Assembly (NCBI RefSeq): GCF_009834535.1 | Contig: NC_045697.1 | Coordinates: 78,308,001-78,372,000 of the forward strand | Source of the DNA: Camelus ferus | Taxonomy: Eukaryota | DNA: 64,000 nucleotides | Direction: 5' to 3' | Part shown: positions 1-12,750 of the stretch, in pieces | Layout: each line of letters starts with the position of its first letter | Numbering within the stretch: position 1 is the first letter of the stretch | The notes under the pieces: generated by a model | What the model was told of the DNA's origin: nothing | The model's input: the letters and a program-made list of their open reading frames with translations, nothing else | The model's database searches: none | Position numbers and translations under genes: made by a program

Positions 1-439
1 TGGAGAACTAGTAAAGCCCACTGAAAGGATGGGGAGAGAGGCTTGTAAGCGCTTCGTGGCTAGGTTGAGCTGAAAGACTGTTTATTTAGAATTCCTCCCA
101 AGTCCTCTAGGACCCTAGCAAGGGCTGCAGAAGTCAAATTCCCCAAAGCCCTGTGTATCTTTGTCGAAGTATCTGGTTGATGAAAGACTAACTAAGAAAT
201 CTACAACATTCTTTAAAGGAGAACAGGGCGTTTTATCTCACATTTGTTTTTTCCTTTAATACAGTGAGCTTTGATTGAGCATCATTTAAACACAAGCCAT
301 TTCAAGTCGAACCTGGATAAGTACAATTCTTCACATTTTCTCTAATAGTACATTTTTTCAGGAAAAAAATCAAATGTAATTCATGCTTTTTGACATGTTA
401 GTATTCTTTGCTTTCATGAGGCTTCTAGGTTTAAGATTT

Positions 440-980
440 TATTTTTCCTGAAGTTTTATTCAGATATAATTGATATAAAGCATTGTATTAGTTTAAAGTG
501 TACAACATAATGAATTGATACTTGCAAATATTGCAAAATGATCACCACAAAAACTTTAGTCAATATCCATCACTTCATGTAGTTACAATTTTTTTCTTCT
601 CATGAGCTCTTTTAAGATCTACTCTTTTGGGATGAGGGTATTGCTCAGTATAGAGCGCGTGCTTAGCATGCACGAGGTCCTGGGTTTAATCCCTAGTGCC
701 TCTGTTAAATAAATAAGTAAAAAATTTAATTACCTCTCCCCCAAAATTTAAAAACAAAAACAAACAAACAAAAGAGGTCTACACTTAGCAACTTTCAAAT
801 GTACAATACAGTATTGTTAACTATAGTCATGCTGTACATTATATCCCCAGAACATTTATTTTATAACTAGAAGTTATAAGGACCTCCTTCACTCATTTCC
901 TCTACCCCGGTCCCCCACCTCTGGCAACCACTGATCTGTTCTCTGTTCTATGAATTCAGTTTAGATTCCACATATAAATC
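440..980 (-). mobile_element. L1 3' UTR fragment (L1MA9-like), split by a SINE
   Basis: Antisense L1 3'-end motifs (ttttattcagatataattga, gtacaatacagtattgttaactatagtca, ctctggcaaccact, ttagattccacatata) on both sides of the SINE at 629-773. Confidence 0.85.
629..773 (+). mobile_element. tRNA-derived SINE, camelid vic-1-like
   Basis: A-box-like tgctcagtatagag, B-box-like gggtttaatccc, A-rich tail; degenerate TSD aagatctactctt (614-626) / gaggtctacactt (774-786). Confidence 0.85.
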
Positions 981-1829
981 CCTTAGAGTTTCAGGTTTAA
1001 GCAGATAACAAGAATATTTTGACATGTTCTGCCACATCAGATAGAGGTGCTTTAGTTATGAGTAAGCGCCCATGAAAAATTGTATTCCCCTGATTTCTAC
1101 TCAGGGTGGTTGTTCTGGATAAGAAATATGACTCTGGATGCTTAATCTGATGATTTCAACCATTTGTGGTCTGACAACCATTGATTATGTGATTGCGAAC
1201 TTAGGACCATGAAGATGGTATATGCAGTAACGGCACTGTACAAACTCAGAGATGCTGCCGTTACACCAGCGAGCGATGATACCTAGTAGCTATTTGATCT
1301 TGTCATAATTGTTTCTTTTCTGTCTCCAGCTGAATTACCGTCATTCTGCTCCTCTACCAAAAGAAATAAGACTCTGACTTTCTGTTTATTAAATTAGGCT
1401 TTGCTGAGGATAACATTTTTGGTTAAAATGCAAAATTTGAAAACACATTGATTTGTTATAATGTCAGTAGCTTGCTGTGTTTTGAGAAAAATGTCTCACA
1501 TTCCTTATCATTTTGTTATTATATTTTTATCATTCATCATCAAACTCTTTAGTCAAGTTTAGCATATTATTTCTATTCCAGAATATGTTTTTTTAAATGT
1601 TATAGATTATAAAATGATGATATGTAAGCAGTGTGAGATATAATAACTCTCATTCTGTTTCTCACTTTTTAGCCCAGATTGATGTTTTATGAAGATCAAA
1701 TACATATATCAACATCTCTTCTTAGTCACTATTAGCTTTTGAGAACTGATAGAAATGGACAATGGCAAACCAGCCATTCAAAATATAAATTGTTTACTGA
1801 TGGTATAAGAATGTATTAATCTTATCTAT

Positions 1830-2420
1830 TAATCTATCAAATGTTTATTGAGTGCCTGCCATGTATCAAATATAGTGAAAGTTATTGCAAAAATTATAGA
1901 AAAAATAGAATATTTTCAGGGCTTTCTAGGAAATTATACTCACATGAGACAGACTTGATACAGGAAACAGTTGGATAAAACAGAAAGCACATACATGTGT
2001 GCTGGGATATGTTGTCTAGCTGACTCACAAGATGGGAATTCAGTGATGAGCTTGAGCTAGGAAGGACAAGTTGTCTGTAAGAAGTAGAGCTTGAAATGAA
2101 CCTTAAAGAAAAGCCTGAAATTAAATATAAAAGAGGGAGAGAAAAAGTAGAAAGTCATGCATGATGTGTGTTCAGAAGCCAGCAATTATTCTGAAGAAAG
2201 GAGCTAGTTTTAAGGAAGAGCATTTGGATGGCTAGAAGGATTGAAATCCAGGAACAGAATTTTGATTCCAATGTGGTAAGTGAGAGGGAGCCACTGGTGG
2301 CTTTTGAGCAGAGAGGGAAAATTCCATAAAATCCACAAAATAATTGAATAAAGGAAAATCTAGGGCCAGTGAATAGGAGGGTTTAAGCAAGGATGGACAA
2401 TGGAGATGGAGAAAAAACGA
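1830..2420 (-). mobile_element. L2 LINE fragment
   Basis: Antisense L2 3' end atgtttattgagtgcctgccatgt and internal gggagccactggtggcttttgagcag. Confidence 0.65.
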
Positions 2421-2589
2421 CTGGGACTGGCATTTTTTGTCTATTTGAGTCTTAGTTACACTTTTGAATGTTCATTTTAAACAACTGAAATTTGTTATGT
2501 TTTGTTTTTTTATTTAGCTTTCTTCTGGGAAGATTTTCTAATAGTATTCCAAAACGACAATATTATTTTTCTTTTTAAGGGTTTTTATA

Positions 2590-3020
2590 TTTATGTTACA
2601 AGAATGGTATATGTTCCCAGAAGAACTTTTTTTTTAATGCTGGATCAGCAAAAAAAAGAAAATGAAAACCATGTAAAATTCCAGTTTACTTTTAAATCAT
2701 ACCATTAATATTGTAGCACACAATTTTTTAGTTACCTCTATACATCCATTTTTGTTGTTGTTGCAAAAATAGCATTATACAATGCCCTTATTCTGTAATC
2801 TTTTTCATCACTTGAGTTGATAATGAACATTTTCCCCATGACATTTAGCTGGTCTTTAATAATAATAATAATCTAAATGGTTAAGCTGTACTGTGTGGTT
2901 GGAATAGACCATGTTCATTTCCCTAGTGGCCTACTATTGGACAGTAGGTGGTTCCTAAGTTTTTCTATGATAAAATGGTTACATAAACATCCTTGTAGCT
3001 AGATCTTTGTGTGCATGCAA
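2590..3020 (-). mobile_element. Old L1 (L1ME-like) fragment
   Basis: Degenerate antisense L1 3' motifs (ctattggacagtaggtggttcctaagtttt, ataaacatccttgtagct). Confidence 0.55.
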
Positions 3021-5099
3021 ATTAATCAGTTAAATGATAGTGGAATCAAACCTATTTACAACATTTTGGCCTTGAATATAAACATACCAGTAACTTAGTT
3101 GTTTACAGGTGAACAGAGTCCTTCTCTCCACTGGAATTTTTCATCTTGTGACCAAAACTACTCATTTTCCACCCACATTTATTTTTTTTTCTCATCTTAT
3201 AACGTAAAAGTTCATTGTTACTGGTTATTCATTATGTGCTAGGCAGGTGCAAAGTATTTTATGGATGATATCTCATTTACATTTAATGTCATGGAACTTT
3301 TCTTTGAGGAACGCTTTGTCGTTCTTGTGATTGTTATTAGCAATAGAGTATGAAAATGAGTGATGGTTTAGATAGTTCTGAAACCTTATCTTGATGTGGA
3401 TATGGACTGACGTCTATTTAGCCTCTCTAAATCTGGATATAATGGTTATGATCATTTCTACAAAAATCTTAGTGAGGCTATCTCATGAGATGTAAAACTT
3501 CACTATGGGCACTTTGTACTTACCATGTACTTACAATAATAGAATGTCTATAACGTTACCATGGTTTTTATCTTAGCAATGAAGAAGTTGGAAATATGTG
3601 ATTCCTTTGCAAATAGAAACGGACAGCATAAAGCAAATTACATAATGCATTTGGCTCTTGGAAGCAAGGTTTTACAGAGACTTAAATAATTGCCTTTGTG
3701 TCTGAGCAGTGAAGTGACCAAACTGTCTTTCTCCACCTCCTCTCAGCTGAGTTTCCTTTTCCATGGATGTTTCCCTCTGCCCCACAGAAAATTTGGCTGT
3801 AAAAGATGTGCATGCAAACGTCCACAGGTGCTGAGCCAGTAGCATAACGTCAGAGATGCAAATGAGCAACACAGGAGCTTGGTAAACTTTACCTGCGCCT
3901 GCAAATAATTGCCACGGTTTCTGAAATTGGGCCAGCAGGTTTGTGTTTGTGTGTGTGTTTTTTTTTAAGGCCCTATGTATATGCTGCTCTTACTTTGTTC
4001 CAGGTTTAGTTTCTAAGCTGCACTCCCAATTTCTAAAGGTATAGACATTAGTAAGGCCACCCTGTCGCTGTAGAATGTCATGTAACCCAGCCCCTGAAAA
4101 TCATAATGTCAACCCTCTGTAGAAGAACATTTTAGTATGTATTTTAAACTTCACACATAAGAAAAAAAATAAAACCTGAAAAAGAATGCCTGCATCTCCT
4201 GCAAAATAAGCCTTTATGACGCTATTTATTCTGTAGTTCAACTCCCCCTGAGCACAGAACTACATGATAAATTTCTGCTGGAATTTAGGAGCTGCAGAAA
4301 AACAAAGTTTGGCATAAAAAAACCTCCAGCTAACAGCTATGCTTCATTTTATGGCCAGTAGGAAGTAGATAATTCATTTTCTCTGGTCCTTTGGCCTGAG
4401 CCAACAATAAGCTCAGTGTAGTGTAGACAGGTTGTATGTGATATATAATTTCTTTTAAATTTCATTTTAATCCTTTGGTTCAAGTCAGTACGAAATGATA
4501 CAGCTACATAATTGGATAACATGTCCATTAGGAAGAATGATAGCAGCATCCTATCCTGGGACCTGCGGTGCTCATATTTCTACACGAGAGCTCCCTCAGT
4601 TACTACAGGTGATGTGCTCATTGCCCACACCCCCGTTTCCAGTGTCGCCTTCTTCGTTCAGGTCTCCATTTTCTTCTTATATTCCAGCTAGACTCCTTCA
4701 TTCCAGGCTTGTTCCCTTTAAAGCCATCCGAAATAGTCCCGGAGTTTTTTGCAATAATGAACATCTTAGCATCTCTCTCACTTGCTTTTGAGCCATAAAT
4801 GGTTCCCTAAAGATGTTTCGTAAAATAAAGGGTTGGAGGAATGATTTGTGACTGTTGTATCAAAAAAGCATTCTCTATTCAAATATATTGGAAAGTTTCT
4901 TGGAGTTAAATGGATTTCTTTATTGCAAAACTACTGAGAGCCCCCAGTATTTGAAGATTCATTAGGAGCTAATAAGAGAACTATAGGAAAACATGTATAA
5001 TTTCCCAGGCAGATGCATCCACAGGATCCTTTTTTGTGGAGGTCCCCATCGGTGCTGTCAGCCTCATCTTGGCCAAATGTGCACTGTAATTATGTCGGA

Positions 5100-5350
5100 G
5101 TACTTGGCATTTCTGGGCCCCATCGCGTGCTTCCTCATCTCAGTGTGAGCTTACCCTGTTCCTTCTGCTTATGAATACATTTCCCGTTCTCTCTCTGTAA
5201 AATGCATAGTCATTCTTCAAAATTCAGGTCAGATTTTGTCATTCCTATACAGACTTTCTCTGATTCTCTAAGGCAGAACTATTCCCTTCTTCCTTCATGT
5301 GGCCACTGAGCATTTGCTTAAATGTCTATTACTGAACTTCTCACTGTAGG
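5100..5350 (+). mobile_element. L2 LINE fragment
   Basis: tcattcttcaaaattcaggtcaga...agactttctctgatt, typical of L2 sense sequence. Confidence 0.55.
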
Positions 5351-5971
5351 TTATTTATTCATTTATTTCCTCACACAAATCTTATTTTAATCAAGAAAGC
5401 ATACCCATGATTTAGACTTCCAGTTAAATGTGTAGGTGAATATGGTGGCTGGTCTTCACAGATGCTCCCCTCCTCAATGAACCGTCACTGCCAGATTCCA
5501 TGCCAACGAGCAGTTTCTTCCCCTTGAATCTGAGCTGGCCCTGTCACTTGCTTTTGATCACTAGACTTTTGCACAAAAAAGACTGCATGGCTTCCAAGGC
5601 TAGGTCATAAAGAATCTTGTAATTTTCAAGTGGCTCACATAGATACTCATTCTGAGGGCAGCTAACCACCAAGTTAGGTCGATCACACTGAGACCACTGT
5701 GCTCTGAGAAAGCCCACACTAGCTATGTGAAGAGAGGGGAGAGGGGGAGAGAGAGAGAGAGTGAGAGATGGAGAGGGGGAGACATGGAGAAGTGGAGAGA
5801 GAGGGAGACGCCCAGCCAGCACCCTGCTCTTCCAACATTCCAGATAAGGTACCAGACATGTGAGAGAAGTTATCTTGTGTGTCTAGCCCAACCACTACCT
5901 GACTTCAACTGCAAACCCACATGATAATTGTCTACCTGGATCCAGTCAAGCTGGAAGTGCGGTGATGTTCT

Positions 5972-6000
<29 letters not shown>
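5972..6000. repeat. (CA)n microsatellite
   Basis: Directly visible. Confidence 0.95.
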
Positions 6001-6003
<3 letters not shown>

Positions 6004-6221
6004 ATTACAGTATTTATTTGGGACCAGTTGGGAGCAGGGAAGCTGAAATGGCCGTAAGGAAACGATTCATAAAGTCTGTTAAAAAAGTCAGCTGACTTCT
6101 TTTAGTTGTGTATTTTAAGATTTAGAAACAAGAAATACGAACAAAAGAAAAACTGTTCAGTTTTCAAGCAAAATCTAGAGGAAGCATTTCTGAGACAGTT
6201 ATATGCTAAATTAAAATTTTA

Positions 6222-6462
6222 ATTTTTTTTTATAATTCAAGTACAGTCAGTTATGATGTGCCAATTTCTGGTGTACATAATGTCCCAGCCATGTATATAT
6301 ATACACATATATTCATTTTCATATTTTTTTCATTAAAGTTTATTACAAGATATTGACTATAGTTCCCTGTGCTATACAGAAGAAATTTGTTTTAATCTAT
6401 TTTATATATAGTGGGTAATTGCAAATCTCAAATTCCCAAATTTATCCCTTCCTACCCCCTCA
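6222..6462 (-). mobile_element. L1 3' end (cetartiodactyl/camelid type)
   Basis: T-run, then caatttctggtgtaca...ttattacaagatattgactatagttccctgtgctatacag. Confidence 0.85.
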
Positions 6463-8121
6463 TTTCCAGCTTTTCAACCATCCAGCAAAAGACTCTCAAA
6501 AGAAGAAAATTAAGGTGGTACCAGTAATAAATTGTCTTAGGGTAAACAGTTCAAGATTATTTGCTAAGACCTCAAAAATAATTACAACATGAGTGGTAGA
6601 CCCACTCAAGTAGACCATGGATTGGAAATTTTTTTTCTGGAAAGGGCCAAATAGCAAATGTTATAAGTTTTTCAGACTCCATAAGATCCATGTCTCATAT
6701 TCTTTGTTTGTTTGTTTTCTGTAACATAAGATACAGAACAGGAAATTTACTGTTAGTGACATTTAGCACACTGCGTTGTGTGACCATCACCACTATCTAG
6801 CTTCAGAATATTTTATCACCCCGAAAGGAAAACTCACACTCACTAAGCAGTCACTCCCAAGTCCCTCCTCCTCCCTGCCTCTGACAACCACTGTCTGAGT
6901 CTATGGATTTTCCTTTGTGAATATTTTATGTAAATGGAGCCATAAATTATGTGGTATTTTGGATCTCTTTTCTTTTGCTTAACATAATGCTTCCAAGGAT
7001 CATCCCAGTGTGTATCAGTATTTCATTCCTTTTTATAGTTGAACAATAAATATTTCATTGTACAGTTATACCACATTCTGTTTATCCATCCATCTGTTCA
7101 TTGATACTTGAGCTGTCTCACCTTTTGGCTGTTGTGAATAATGCTGCTATGAGCATCCATATACACATTTTCCTTTAAATTCTTGTTTTCAGTTCCTTTG
7201 GGTATGAACCCAGGAGTGGAATCACTGGGTCATATGGCAATTCTGTTTAATTTTTGCCAGGCTGCTTAATTGTTTTCCACTGTTTACATTCTCACCACCA
7301 ATATACAAGTTTTCTGCTTTCTCCATGTCCTCACCAGCATTTGTTATTTTTTGGTTTTATTTATTTATTTAAATTAAAACCATCATAGAGAGCATAGAAT
7401 GGTATCCTATTGTGGTTTTGATTTGTGGTTCCCTAATGACTAAGGATGCTGAACTTAATTTTAATGTGCTTGTTGCCATTCATAAACTTTTTTAGTAAAA
7501 TATGTCTTTAAGTCCTTTCCCCATTTTTAAATTAGGTTGCTTGTCTCTTTGTTGTGGAGTCATAGTAGTTCTTTACAGATTCTGAATATTAAACTCTTAT
7601 TAAATTTATAATTTGTAAATTTTTCCCCATTCTGTATGTCGTAATTTTGCCTATTGATAGTATGCTTTGATGCACAAATGTTTTAAATTTTGAAGAAGCC
7701 CAGCTTAAGTATTTTTCTTTTGTTACTTGTCTTTCTGATGTCAAATCTAAGAAACCCCTGCCAAACCCAATGTCAGTAAGATTTAGCCCTGTTTTCTTGT
7801 AAGAGTTTTATATTTTTAGTTCTTATTTACATTTGGTCTATTTTGAGTTAGTTTTTATAGACAGCATGAAACAGGACTCTAACTTCATTGTTTTGTATGT
7901 GGTTATCTAGTTGTCTCAGCACCATTAGTTGAAGAGGTCTTTTTCCTTTTTGCCATCTGATGATAGTGGAACCCTTGTTGAAAGTCAACTGACCATAGAT
8001 GTATGGGTTTATTTCTAGACTCTCAATTCATTTCCACTGAGTTTTATGTCTATCGTTATTCCCGTACACACTGCTTCGATTACTGTAGGTTTGTGGTAAG
8101 TTTGAAATAGGAAAGTGTGAG

Positions 8122-8466
8122 TGTGATAGTGAATTTTATATGTTAACCTGGCTGGGGCAAGCGATGCCCAGATATCTGGTTAACATTATTTCTGGGTGTG
8201 TCTATGAAGTGTTTTCAGAAGAGATTAGCATTTGAATTGGTAGACCAAGTAAAGCAGATTGCTCTCTCCAGTGTGGGTGGGCATCATGCAATCCGCTGAG
8301 GAGCTGAAAAGAAAAATGCAGAGGAAGGGAGAAGTCTCTCTCTCACCCTGACAGTATGAGCTGGGGCATTTGTCTTCTTAGACTCTCAGATATTGGCAAT
8401 CCTTGTCCTCAGGCCAAGACTTGGACTGGAACTAGATTTCATGGGTCTTCAGCTTGAGCTACCAGG
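8122..8466 (+). mobile_element. MLT2 (ERVL) LTR, 3'-truncated
   Basis: tgtgatagtgaattttatatgttaacctggct...gagattagcatttgaattggtagac...gtgggtgggcatcatgcaatcc matches the MLT2 5' end. Confidence 0.9.
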
Positions 8467-8467
8467 T

Positions 8468-8572
8468 CACACACATATATATATACACATATATATACAC
8501 ATACACACACATATATACATATACATATATATACACATACACACACATATATACATATACATATATATATAC

Positions 8573-8603
<31 letters not shown>

Positions 8604-8606
8604 TAT
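8468..8606. repeat. Compound (CATATA/CA/TA)n microsatellite
   Basis: Directly visible. Confidence 0.95.
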
Positions 8607-8832
8607 ACTATTTGGGAGCCCTTACAATTTTAGGATGAGCTTTCCCATTCGTGCCAAAAAGGCTGTTTGGGGTTTTTTATTGGAATTGAACTGAATGTGT
8701 AGATCACTTTGGGTAGAATTACCTCCGCAACAATATTAAGTCTTCCAACCAATGAACACAAGATGCCATGACATTTATTTAGGACTTCTTTAATTTAGTC
8801 CAACAATGGTTGCTAGTTTTCAGTGTACTGTT

Positions 8833-8833
8833 T

Positions 8834-8896
<63 letters not shown>

Positions 8897-8899
8897 TTT
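8833..8899. repeat. (TTTA)n microsatellite
   Basis: Directly visible. Confidence 0.95.
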
Positions 8900-11484
8900 C
8901 ACAATCCTTTAAAAATTTAAAAGCTGGTATTAGCTTGCTTGCAGGCCTAATAAAAAACAGGCTGTGGGTTGGATTTGGTTCATGGGTCATATCTTGCTGC
9001 ACAGAGCTAGACAGAAAGGCTTCAAAGAATCTTAATGCATGCCTCTTAAACCTCTATGGTAGAGAAAGAAAATCAGGTTTTTAAGAATCTTGAGTACGTT
9101 TCCTCATAGTACTGTGACTCTCAGCCTGAGGGAAAGAAGAACCTCTGCGAGAGATTTTTGGTTTTTACATTTGTCTGACAGATTATAGTACAATTTGATA
9201 CACAGGAAGCCCATAGTGTTTTACAAGATATTATAACTGTTTGGACTAAAAGGAATGAATGTAGTTCCAAACAAAGGAGGCTTTGTGGTCCCAATTCTTA
9301 CAAAGAGAAAGCAAGCATGGAAAGGGACTGCGTTGCAAACATAGGCCATTGCTTGTCAGAATGAAGGCTGACTGAGAGCATAGAAGCAACAGCCCAGAGA
9401 GTGGCAGTGAAAACCAGTGCGAACCATCACAGGGCTTAGAGGGTGGGTTCTGATCAGAGAGCTGGCAACATTTGCTCAATTGTGTTTCAGAATTTCTACA
9501 GACCAGATACTCTTATTTGCCTGCATTACCCTCCCACCCCTTTTTTAATGAGCATGTCCACTGCAGCTCCACTAGACCATGTACCTCCATTGCATCTTTA
9601 GTATGTCAGGAGGTGACACAGATAAATTGTCTCTTTAGTTTACAGGTCTTCAGCTTGAGAGGGGTACACATGAGGACTCTAAATGACATGTGAGTCTGAT
9701 TTAGATAAAGTGATTTTCGACTTTAAGACTGATTCTGTAAAGGGGTGAAACTTTTGATGGCCTTGTGAAGAGGTGTATATATTTTGCTGGAATGTAAATG
9801 ATTATCAGGAGGGGTGGGAGGGATGTAAATAATTTGTTGCCAGTGAGATGAAAGATAGCCACAAATTCTTTGTCACACTCCCCATCAAGAGTCACTCTTC
9901 CCACCCATTAAACTTGGGTTGGCATTGGACTTGGGTAGAGTTTCAGTCCCAAGTCTTAAGGGGGCCTAGGAGTTTCAGCTTTTGTACTTGGGGTAACAAG
10001 GGACCTTCATGTGAGAAGAACATATACATGGAGATGAGGGCTTGACAGTGTGGCCAGGAGAGAGGCTTAGTCATCCTAGTGTCCAGCACCTCAGCTGAGC
10101 GCCACCAATGACTAACCCAGACTGCAACTGCATGAGAGATTCCAGAGAATCCAACAGAAAAACTGCCCCGTTGAGTTCCAGTTAATCTACAGAACCATGA
10201 GAGATTATAAACTAATTTTTGTTTTAAATCACTAAATTTGGGGGTAGATTGTTATGCTGCAATAGACAACCAAAACAACTGAGGAAACTTCTAGGCATGA
10301 GTAGATAGGCAAAATGAATGCAGCTGCAAAGGTAACACGAATGAAGCTACTAATTCTGGAAGGATGGCTGCATGCACAATGTGGATATTAAAACAAAGAC
10401 ACGAAGGAATAACTTTATACACATCTCAATCTGTACCAGATAATTAGAAGCAGAGGAAGTGCAGATGTCTTAGTGAGGTTTATGTAACAACAGCTGTTTC
10501 CCTCACCCATATATCTCAGAACCAATCAGAAGCTGGATTATTTCTGGATGAACCAAAGGAAGGCTCCTGACCATTAAAGTTAAACATTTCTCCTGAAGTT
10601 GACAATGACCCTGAGAATGGTTATTCCGTTGGAGAATACAGAGCAGCTCAGGTGTCAAGGGGGAGAAGGGGATATTTATAATGTTTCCTTAACACCTACT
10701 ACTTCTGTGTCTTAGAAGCCCAGCAGTAGAGTGGATTCAATCACTCATAGACTTAGTCCAAAGTCTTCCCACTGGCACTAGTCAAAGTGCAATGAGAAAT
10801 ACGATTCTCCCAGTAGTTCTGGCATTATCTGCCGGGTTGTGTATTAGATGGCTTTCTAGGGTAGTAGAAGTCAGCATTTCCTTAGGCATATCTCTGAATC
10901 ATTCTAAAGACTCTCATATCTTTTTTTTTTTTTTTTTTGGTTGTGGTGGTGGTTTTATACTTATGAATTTTTTTTTCCCCCACTGGTTCTTCAGTCAGAC
11001 AGAGGCCTTATTTAATGTGGCAGGCAGTCTTTATCTGGGGACTCCAACAATTGGAGGAAACTCTGAAGGACGAGCCCAATCCGCAAAGTCTGTACCTGAA
11101 TGCATCTTTTATGGTAATGCTGAGTCTCTGATTATTTGCTTTGGTAGGTCTGTGGTAGTGCCATCCTTGGCTCAGAAGAACCTCTTGTTAGTTTTGTGAT
11201 CAGTGAATCCACCAAGTGCTTAATCTGTTTTTGCATGTAGGCATTGCTGAGGGATATGACAAAAGTAATGCCAGCCCAGTGGATGGCAGATCTGAGCAGT
11301 GGAAGGAAAGAGAAAGAGAAAAGTGATCCAAGACTTGCCTTCATTGGCATTTTGATATAATTATGAATAGATGCCTGTTTTTCTTGCTATACTGTGAACT
11401 ACTCAAAAATAACTCCATCTTAGTCAATTTTGTGTCCTTAGTATATATCATAAGGAAGTGGCAAATTAAATTATTTTAAAAGGG

Positions 11485-11742
11485 AGGCAGTCAATTGTAG
11501 TGCCTAAAAACATGGCTAAAATCTCTACAGTCACCCTGCCTGGGTCAAATGCCTACTCTACCAAGTGCCAGCTAGTGAACTTGGATCAGCTACTTAACAT
11601 TTGGGGGGCCTTTGTTTCTTCTCCTGTAAAATGGGGATTATAAATTGTTGTGAGAATTAAATGAATTGATATATGCAAAATGCTTAGAAAAATGGCTGGC
11701 TTTGAATAAACACTATTAAAGTGTTACCTATTACTGTTGTTG
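11485..11742 (+). mobile_element. MIR SINE, near full length
   Basis: Core gtgaacttggatcagctacttaac...tttcttctcctgtaaaatggggat...ttgtgagaattaaatga. Confidence 0.85.
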
Positions 11743-11847
11743 TGACTAACAACAGTCAGCAGAGAAGCTTAAAATCAGAACTACAAACACAGTGCTGAAA
11801 GATCAAAGCAATATCAACCATTGAACCGAAGATTTTTGCCCAAATTG

Positions 11848-11849
11848 TT

Positions 11850-11900
<51 letters not shown>
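11848..11900. repeat. (TTTA)n microsatellite
   Basis: Directly visible. Confidence 0.95.
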
Positions 11901-11901
<1 letters not shown>

Positions 11902-11902
11902 G

Positions 11903-12055
11903 AGGTGGGCATTATTATATTTATCTTCTTTCTAAGGAAATAGTGCCTTAAAGCAGGTGAATAACCTGTTCAAGACCACACAGCCAGTAAGTGACACATC
12001 TGGGATTTGTTACTAGGCTGTCTAACTTTAACACTCGTCCTCTTAATCTATATAC
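11903..12055 (-). mobile_element. MIR SINE fragment
   Basis: ggtgaataacctgttcaagaccacacagccagtaagtgacaca...ctgggatttg. Confidence 0.8.
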
Positions 12056-12534
12056 CTTCTCACTGGCTGTGACAAGGAATATGGAAATACAGAGAGGATA
12101 TGACCCACTCTGCTGGATGGTCAGCAAAGCTTTGCAGAGAAGGTAAGTTTAAAAATTCCCAGGTGAATCTGAAGAATGATTTTCTAGTTAACATTTTCCA
12201 ACATTTAGGAGGGTTTTCTCTGTGTCCCAAGGTGTGTTTGTGAGTAGAAGAAGAAAAAAAAAACAAACCTATACTACCTACCTAATGATACATATTTAAA
12301 AATTCAGTTTTACTTAAGCATCGATGTTCAATTTTACAAACCTTATTCTATTTTTAAAAATACATATTTTTATGTAAAAATAGATCAGTTATCTTTCAAG
12401 GGGTTCTTGATTAAAATTTCATTAGCTCAAGTTAAAAGCACAAAATTCCTGTTTTAAAAATCAGTCTCATTTTCAAACTTAGTTACTTAAATTATCTTAA
12501 ACGTTTCAAATGCTTATATAAATTTAAAACATCT

Positions 12535-12750
12535 TTTTTTTAAGGTTTCAGGTGTACTACGTAATGATTTGACATTTGCATACATTATAGGACAATCACC
12601 ATAAGCCTAGTAGCCATCTGTTCCCACACAAAGTTATTACAATGTTATTGACCATGTTCCTTATGCTGTATATTACATCCCTATGACTTATTGTTATTCA
12701 ACTGGAAGTTTGCCTTTTAATCCCCTTCACCTCTTTCACAAACTCATTTC
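12535..12750 (-). mobile_element. L1 3' end fragment (L1MA9-like)
   Basis: gtttcaggtgtac...gttattacaatgttattgaccatgttccttatgctgtatattacatccc. Confidence 0.8.

Larger units (their letters stand above)
6721..8828 (-). mobile_element. L1MB-like element (3' UTR plus ORF2 3' part), interrupted at 8122-8606
   Basis: ccatcaccactatctag...ttttatcaccccgaaaggaaa...taagcagtcactccc 3' end; antisense ORF2 sequence to 8121, resuming at about 8607. Confidence 0.9.
6616..9004 (+). mobile_element. MER58-family hAT/Charlie DNA transposon split in two (6616-6720 and about 8897-9004)
   Basis: Left half ttttttctggaaagggccaaatagcaaatgttataag; right half acaatcctttaaaaatttaaaa...aaaaacaggctgtgggttggatttggttcatgggtcata; 8-bp TSD-like aagtagac (6608-6615) / agctagac (9005-9012). 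Confidence 0.75.
5441..10277 (+). mobile_element. MaLR (MLT1H-like) proviral remnant: 5' LTR about 5441-5945, internal region, 3' LTR about 9823-10277, with nested insertions
   Basis: LTR motifs (cccttgaatctgagctggccctgtcacttgcttt; ccacaaattctttg; cactaaatttggggg...gttatgctgcaatagacaaccaaaaca). MLT1-int-like segments at about 6050-6200, 6465-6615 and 9005-9820. Confidence 0.7.
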
